A DNA stretch of 64,000 bases from Eledone cirrhosa (Eukaryota): the NCBI GenBank assembly GCA_964016885.1, contig OZ024740.1, positions 334,180,001 through 334,244,000 on the forward strand, given 5' to 3'. How positions within the stretch are numbered: position 1 is the stretch's first letter; each line of letters opens with the position of its first letter. Positions 56,051 through 64,000 of the stretch are shown piece after piece. The translations under genes were made by a program, and so were the position numbers. The notes below the pieces were generated by a model. The model worked only from the letters and a program-made list of their open reading frames with translations. It was not told where the DNA came from and searched no databases.

Positions 56051-56064
56051 TATATTATATCTAT

Positions 56065-56215
56065 AGGTGCAGACATAGGTGAGTAGTTTATGAGCTTGTT
56101 TCATAACCATGCCGTGTCAAGTTACCTCCCCCTGTGGAGCAGGATAGACATGTGTTTTAAGCTGTAATCGTGGATCGGCCAATGTCATGTGAATGTGCTC
56201 AGCGGAAACTACAAA
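56065..56215 (+). mobile_element. Very degenerate tRNA-derived SINE (family S3); possible older copy at about 33815-33960
   Basis: Decayed head and ..CGGAAACT end followed by (TG)-rich tail. Confidence 0.4.
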
Positions 56216-56754
56216 ATATCAGTATATATTTATATATGGATGTGGGGTGTATGGGGCTGAGTGTGTATGCATGTGTGTCTGTGTGAGTGCGTGCGTGTTT
56301 CTGTATTTGTGTGTGTATGAGTTTTTCTTCTGGGGCTTCGGTATCTCTAGTTTATATATATGTTTGATAAGTTGAGGAAACATGAGTAACACGAAATGAT
56401 TACGTGGAGGCGGAACGAAGGCAGATTATTCCAAGGTCATTGGCATGACGAGAAGAAGTGCAAAGGATAAAGAAAGACTGCCTATGTATCAGAGGCTTGA
56501 GTATGAGTTTTTGGCACCTGTACCATTCCAGAAGCAGTAGTCCATTCTGCTATGTAGCCGTTGGTTTTATATATATATATATATATATTTAATACAATAA
56601 CAGAGATAGTTTTAAGTTAAACTCCGACTGGTATATATATATATATATATATAAAATATATATATATTTTATATATATATATATAATGGGGTGAGAGAGA
56701 GAGAGTGTGTGGATTAAGATCTTAATCTTTCCTTCCTCTCTTTCCCTATCTGCC

Positions 56755-56836
<82 letters not shown>

Positions 56837-56960
56837 TATATGCCTGCCCGCCCAGCCAGTAGGATGGGGTTATCTTATGGCTCAAACAGCACGACGTGCT
56901 GCGACCAGCGGCGCCGATTGGCGCCCGACAGACTGGTCGGTCAAGGTGATCAAGGTGATA

Positions 56961-57178
<218 letters not shown>

Positions 57179-58226
57179 GTTTTAGTTGGGCCTACTGTTA
57201 TCTTTATGCACGTAGTTCCTCGAAAGTAGAATATACATTTAACTATGAACAAAGATAGAGATAATGCTCTGTTTTTGCAAAGTGTTGATTATTGATAACA
57301 GGGGAAACAATGGCGTGGAGTCAAACAGCGTCAGCAACTTAAAATATATGAGTTATAGTAATGTCAAAAAGTGTATATGACCACAAGTGAGAATAGAACA
57401 AATACATTAAAAAATGTAAAAATTAATAAAAGAATGATCATTTATCAGTGAGATAAATGTGATCAATAAGTGAAAGGTTATACACAAAATATGTGAAATG
57501 TCATCGATGAAATAAAGGAAGGTTCTTTCGTATACATTATTCGTAACTGCACTGATCTCACTGAAATATTATTGGGTATCATGCTAAGTTTGATAAATTG
57601 AGATTATGAAGAGATGATTCAAAGCAAAAAGGCAATCTCTAATTTGATAACCTCAATATACATGTAACGTTTACACAGCTGTTAGTCATAATGATTACAT
57701 TAATTTATTATTCTCTCGTAGATGACGTATGCTTACATTAAAAAAAGTAAATATTCCATTAAATTAAAATAAAACAACGCCTCAGCTGACAGAAATAAAT
57801 AAAGGGTCAATAGTGAATTTGATTTGTAGTAAGTTTTGCTATATCAACTTGGCGTTATCTCATTCATATGTGTGCACCTATTCTAAGTTTCAACAAAACT
57901 TGTCTTAACAGATAAAGTTTAAAGGTTATTGTAATAAATAACAATGGAAAATATTGATTTAATCGGGCTGCGGCACAGAAAATAGCAAAGATTAAGTTTT
58001 CTAGAAGATGGGTTTAGCCTTACAATATATCGATCAAAATTCAAATGAGAAACTCATTGAATGACCTTATTATTTTAACAATGGAATTATTTTTTGATAG
58101 AGCACATTGTTGTAATTGTCCAGTATATATATGTAGAACCATCTAGACGTACTTAAATAATTATTAGTAAGTCGTTGAATCGATATTAAAGATTAAATTA
58201 ATGCATATACATGTGTGTATCTACGC

Positions 58227-58267
<41 letters not shown>

Positions 58268-58288
58268 TATACACACACACACACACAC

Positions 58289-58364
<76 letters not shown>

Positions 58365-59495
58365 ATGCGTGTGTGTGTGCGTGTGTGTATGCGTGTGTGT
58401 ATGCGCATGTGGATGTAAGTGTTTGTGTGCACAGATGTATAAAGAGGGAGAGAAAGAGAAACAGATAGATAAATACATTGTTGATATACATATATGTATA
58501 GCTACAAAAATTTATCTACTCATTGTTTATGTGAGAACTTAAAATACTTTATATTGAGCCATTGAACAATGGCGTTGGTATATAAATCAACAGAAATTAA
58601 CTCAAACAAAAGAACCATCAATTTAGTCCTTTCTTCGTGATGCAGCTCTTACTGAAAGTTTGGCAATAATCGGTATCTTTTACATCTTTCATAAAATCTA
58701 GTTTCTATGGTTTATTTTTGATATATTTTCTATTAATTCTCGCTTCATTGTTTATTTAATAGCCAACTCTTCGCTTTATTAACGTGTTTACGTTTTTATT
58801 TCTGCTGATATTTTTCATAACGATTACATTTTTGTATTTGTACTTTTTTTTAAACTACTATATATTGTAAATTTTCAAAATTATTTCCCGATATAAAATA
58901 TCTAGGAAAAGAATAATAATAAGAAAACATATAAAACGTTGAAAAGAGGTAGAGGGAGAGGAAGAATGAAAGAGATATAAAGAGACAGACAGCAAAAGAG
59001 CGGTTACGATATATATATGTATATAAAGAGAGTGATAGAATCAAATCACGTGCTATTCCTTTTACGATTTTAGAACTGGAAATCAATTTCATGCATTGCT
59101 ACACAATTACTGAAGTCGATTAAGGAATTCTGTTGCTCTGTATGAGGTTTGCGATTGTCCAGTAAAAGAAGAAAAGCTACGTTTACGGAAATAGATTTCA
59201 TTTGGATGACAAGAGAAAATCACGTTGAACTAAATTGGACATATTTCGGTTATTCTGTGTGTAATATGGATATAACGCAGCCAACATATTTCTGTAAAAT
59301 TCAACGAAGTAATTACATATTCGATTGCGCCAATTGCTTTCCTAATAGCTGTATTTAACTTCTGTAATTTAGTATTGGTATTTCCCAGTAGTAAAGTTAA
59401 ACGCATTTTAAAATACTAAAATATAGGAATAAATAAGACAAGCATCACGCGTACACACAAGCAGATATATTCATATGCGTGTGGGTAGGGTCTCT

Positions 59496-59548
<53 letters not shown>

Positions 59549-59885
59549 CGTGAGTGAGGGAGATGTATACATACAACAAGACTTCACATGTAAGCAGCTT
59601 TAGAGAGCAGGAAGTTGCAGAAATATTTACATGTCTCGGAAGCGTACTGCATAATGAAAATACGCATATTTTATTTGCGTATATTCCAGATTCCAACATT
59701 CCGAACATATATTTCACATAAACGTTGGTCATAACCTCAATATTGCTAATTAGTTTTAGAAAATACACAAACAGATATATACATAGTGACATATATCATT
59801 CTTTCATACATATAAACATACATACATACATACATACATACATACATACATACATACATACATACATACATACATACATACATAC

Positions 59886-60195
59886 TTGATGGCTGCCCCC
59901 TCGTTATCGAGTATGGCCATTGCACGATATACCATTATTAATAATAATTAAATAATTCTATCGTGCAATGCCTGTGCGTGAAGATATTTTTTAAAGTGAG
60001 GAAATACTGTGCACTGAGCCAATCCCACTCTCTGAGCGACAGTAGCTATAACCCTCAAAGAAGAAAAGATCAACATCATCGGTAACTACTGAGCCGCAGG
60101 TTTTATATCGGAGTTATCCCAGTTTCCTGAGTTGCCGTATCCTAGAAGAATGCCCTGAGAAAGGCTAGGGGTCCTTCACTCCCAGTGGTTTAACC
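59886..60195 (-). mobile_element. Short non-autonomous RTE-related repeat inserted in (CATA)n
   Basis: - strand TAGCCTT..CTAGGA..AACTCCGATATAAAACCTGC motif shared with 35750-35810; (CATA)n on both sides. Confidence 0.45.
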
Positions 60196-60494
60196 ATATG
60201 TACATACATATACATATATGCATATATATACATACATACATATTGTTGTGGTCGTGTTTTCGTTGGCAATCGTCTGTTTACGACAGTACAGCGCGGCTCT
60301 ACTTTATTTAACTGAGATAAAACTTATATGAGTATGAAGAGTAGATCATTATGCATCTTTTGGCTTAACAATCTAGAAATTTGGTCCAGCGGGAAAAAGT
60401 TTATAATCAAAGTTTGCTGATAAATCTTGTGTTCAAGTGAGTAAGTAGTAAGCGTGACGCTAGGGGAGGTAATTACGAGTCTCTCTCTCTCTAC

Positions 60495-60618
60495 GGGGTC
60501 ATCCAGAAATGACGAATTTTTTTCGGCGGAACTCTTGTGATTGTGATTACGTTAGTCAAATGTAGTCAAATCGCCGAATCCGCTCCTCCTAATTGACTAC
60601 GTCATTTCTGAACGGCCC
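60495..60618. mobile_element. PIF/Harbinger-like MITE
   Basis: Imperfect TIRs GGGGTCATCCAGAAATGACG / CGTCATTTCTGAACGGCCC; about 125 bp, non-coding. Confidence 0.55.
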
Positions 60619-61109
60619 TACTTGCGTCAGTGTGAAACATTACTTCACTTTTCACTGCTAAAATGCTTTTTAAATACTTCGTTAAACATTTATGTTTATT
60701 ATCAAAGCTATTTTTTGTACCAATCTATCAATAGTTTGCGAAAATATAGGTAAACATGTGAGTTAAATTTGTTTTAATCGCATCGATCGCTTTGTCGCAC
60801 CGACTGTGACACTGTCTGACTGTCTGTCTGACTGACACCTTTGTCGGACCGACACCTTTGTTCAAGCGGACAACTTTGTGTCACTGACACCTTTGTTCGT
60901 GCCGGCATCTCTGCGAAACACCGATGGCAACAACCAGACCAAAATTTCACTTCATTCTTCATTCTTCTTCAAGACCGATCGCCGACCGATCGTATCGGTT
61001 GCTCTTCATATACCAGGTATTCAACAGATAGTTTGCACTTCTAGTATTATTAACAGTCGTGCGTAATTCAAATGTATTTACTTATCATACCAACAAAAAT
61101 ACTTAGATA

Positions 61110-61668
61110 TTTTGTATACCTGGGGCCCGTCAGGGCCAGGTAATGTTAATCGCCAACATTGTTAGTTGTTGTCCTTTTTGTGAAAGTATTGGTGGTTCAT
61201 GTCGGCTCTAATGATCTGAATCCTCGTCGCACCGTTGGCACTACAAAGCTGTGCAAAGTAATACAATAATTTTTGCCTAAGTATTTTGTATTAATCATTT
61301 ATTTGTAAATTAAGGACAAAGTGCCCATTCGAGGCACAAAACCGGAAAAACAGGGGAAGAGTCTCTTTGCAAGGCTACAGAAAATAACGGAAAAGCACCA
61401 ATGTACACCCATTTTCTACAGTGGTGTTATTCCACGCCCACAAAGTGTAATTGAAAATAAAAATGACTTGGGCAAGAGAAATTCTCATTTGGAAAAGTTT
61501 AATTACTGCATGAAAGAAATGATTCAAAAATTGAACTTGCCCAATCTTCACAACATTGAAAATTGGTCAAAATTTGACAAATCTGACTTCAAACCAGATA
61601 TGATTCATTTGAACAATGTTGGAAATCTTAAATTGACACAAATGTTTGCCAATGTTTTTGCCACCTGA
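61110..61668 (+). pseudogene. SGNH/GDSL esterase-like coding sequence (frameshifted, possible 57 bp intron)
   Basis: Blocks CIPGAR, VLVVHVGSNDL, FYSGVIPR, FN and DMIHLNNVG in SGNH order; the block I GDS motif was not found. Confidence 0.7.
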
Positions 61669-61848
61669 TCCTTGTTCTATGGCTGACTGACTAATTTTGT
61701 GACTTAATAAAATGTCATCATACTAGTAATGCACAATGGTCATTTTTAAATTTAAATTTTATTAAATAGTTGTTGCTTGCATTGCCTTAAAATAGTAACA
61801 AGAATGTACACATACTTATTAAAAATACATCATTATCAGTCAAATCAG

Positions 61849-62208
61849 TCAAATGTCACTAAAAGCCAGGTGGTCGATAAAAACTTCTATAAGATTAGTT
61901 ACATGCTCACACATTGGATCACCACTCATCAATGGCATTGGGTGTCTGAGATAATCGTGGAGATAACTGATGAAGTCACAAATGCAGTGATGGTCTTCCA
62001 GTGTGAACAACTCCCTATATCCATTGATATATGTGATGGCTTCCGATTCATAGGTGCATTTTATGAGGAATTCCATGCATCCGATTTTCAGTGATTCAAT
62101 GGGCATTTTATCACATATGATAAGGTATTTGACCACGTTTTGCTTTGTAAGTAAATTGGAGAGAATCACTGCAGTCAAAGTCATTTCTTTGCATGGGTTT
62201 TTGTCCAT
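61849..62208 (-). CDS. 119 aa ORF with weak BTB/BACK-like helical pattern
   Basis: Uninterrupted ATG-to-stop ORF in AT-rich DNA; LTKQNVVKYLIICDKMPIESLKIGCMEFL resembles the L..NV...L..AD.....LK..C..F pattern. Confidence 0.4.
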   Translation of the reverse strand: MDKNPCKEMTLTAVILSNLLTKQNVVKYLIICDKMPIESLKIGCMEFLIKCTYESEAITYINGYRELFTLEDHHCICDFISYLHDYLRHPMPLMSGDPMCEHVTNLIEVFIDHLAFSDI

Positions 62209-62429
62209 TCTAAAAAGTTAAAATGATAAAGTATTACTACTATATAACTTACATCTATTGTTGTAACACCATTGAAATGTACAAGTTTCACCAATTCACT
62301 ATTATGCACTAATCATCTCAAATGCATTCATGATTTACTAGCTTTGTCATTAAGCCAGTTGCCTCAACTAGATTGACAAAGTTAAACACCTCAACAACAT
62401 GTGTACTCGTCTCTACCACACTAATTCGG

Positions 62430-62484
62430 ACTGCCTGAAGAGGTCACAGCCAAAGAGGGCTGTCACCGAAATATATATAGCAGT
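62430..62484 (+). ncRNA. Minimal type-I hammerhead ribozyme motif (family H1), best preserved copy
   Basis: ACTGC-CTGAAGA-GGTCACAGCC-AAAGAG-GGCTGTCACC-GAAA-TATATA-TA-GCAGT. Confidence 0.85.
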
Positions 62485-62718
62485 AATAAACGAAGCCAAA
62501 TTTTAAACATTTGACTTATTTATTTTATTTAATTACATTTTATATATGGGAGAGAAAGAGAGAGAGGGGGGGGGGGGTCTAGGTAGAGATTGAAAGAAAG
62601 AGAGAGAGAGTAGGAGACCACTAAACATGTGATCACTCGATACATAGGGAGATGCAGAGTGTGTATACAGATAAACATTCCGACCGCGGCGTCACTTGAC
62701 GCCGCGTTCGGGAAGTTA

Positions 62719-62813
<95 letters not shown>

Positions 62814-63103
62814 TTCTCTCTCTCTCTATATATATATATATATACATATAGCAAGGATGAAAAAATATTTAAAATTGTATGTAGAGAGTTATATATGAGA
62901 ATATATAATTGCCAAATACTCTAAGAGAGGGCTCAATGTTTCTGTAATACGGTTGGAAGAATAAGCGATATATGGAAAAACTTAAGAAAATATAGATGTA
63001 AATATTATGCTTATATAAACAAATAAATAGATGGAATCTAAATTTCAAACCAGTTTAATGATCGATGATAATATTGATTCCATATATGCATTTCTTCATA
63101 TGT

Positions 63104-63150
<47 letters not shown>

Positions 63151-63273
63151 TATAGTAATAATAATATATGTGAAGACTAAAATCCGAAGAGGGCGATTCA
63201 TTTTTTTTAGTTTCAGAAGATCCCATTAGTGTGAAAACACCGATTTTTGCTTAAACTTTAATCTGTTATTGTA

Positions 63274-63365
<92 letters not shown>

Positions 63366-63597
63366 ATATGTTCTTCTGGTTTTATAATTTCACACATTTT
63401 TTCCCAATAGAATGAGAGTCGGTTTCTAACATAGACACAAGACTCTCTCATTAGAATTTACACATCAACTAGGTACATTATGTATGCATGCATGCATGTG
63501 TAGATATGGATGTTATTGTATGTGTGGGTGTGGATGTTTTGAGTTGTATGTGTGCATGTGTATATGCTTTGTATCTGTACATGTGTATATGCAGTTA

Positions 63598-64000
63598 TTA
63601 GATGCAACATTTTTGAAATGTTTTACATATTTTTACTGTTCCATTAATGGATTGTACTTGTAATTTCCTAACTAGTTGTGCACTTTCTGTTCCTGTGAAG
63701 CCCAGCTTCTCAAGATTTGTATTGAGGCAGTTACTAACATACCCCAGTGCCCCAATAATCACAGGCATAAATCTGAAGGTGTAATCAGGGTGGAGTATCT
63801 GCAGATTTCTCATCAGTTCTGCATAAATATTCTCCTTTTCGCTAATCTTTGATATTATATTGGCATCTGCTGGGCAGCTAATTTCCACTACTGTGCATGC
63901 TTTCTTCTCCCTGTCCCATATCGTAATATCTGGTATGTTATGCCTGCATTTTATTGTGGTTTTTACTGAAACATTCCACCAGTACTCTTTCATATTATGT
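63598..64000 (-). mobile_element. 3' end of a third RLE-type (R4-like) non-LTR element
   Basis: ORF 63598-63993 HNIPDITIWD..VVEISCP..EKENIY..PVIIGALG (PD..E..K endonuclease pattern). Confidence 0.82.

Noticed and set aside
60834-60896. CRISPR-like repeat-spacer array
   Set aside because: Repeats are 11 bp with 6-8 bp gaps in eukaryotic DNA and there are no cas genes
61141-61186. First putative intron in the SGNH-like sequence
   Set aside because: The segment reads as plausible coding sequence (..PFVKVLVVHVG) with a single frameshift in a T run, which is the simpler explanation
62685-62725. Helitron 3' end
   Set aside because: A hairpin is present but no CTRR terminus follows at the expected distance and no Rep/helicase sequence is seen

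Overview
AT-rich eukaryotic (animal) repeat DNA with no convincing host protein-coding gene. The SINE families and the (TA)n/(CA)n density resemble an octopus-like cephalopod genome (inference). Bases 1-21.8 kb are a stack of decayed non-LTR retrotransposons strung on (TTA)n/(TAA)n microsatellites: Tx1/L1-clade LINEs and tRNA-derived SINEs on the + strand, R4/Dong-type restriction-like-endonuclease elements on the - strand. The SINE 3' end matches the Tx1 3' end. Bases 22-64 kb are (TA)n-rich, with RTE, Gypsy, Penelope (GIY-YIG) and MITE remnants. They also hold at least six recognisable minimal type-I hammerhead ribozyme motifs (plus degenerate ones), mostly in short inserts at (TA)n tracts, and five local inverted duplications or palindromes that end at (TA)n next to such inserts. 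A convergent SGNH-esterase-like / BACK-like ORF pair lies near 61-62 kb. All calls come from reading the sequence by eye; no searches were run and boundaries are approximate unless stated.
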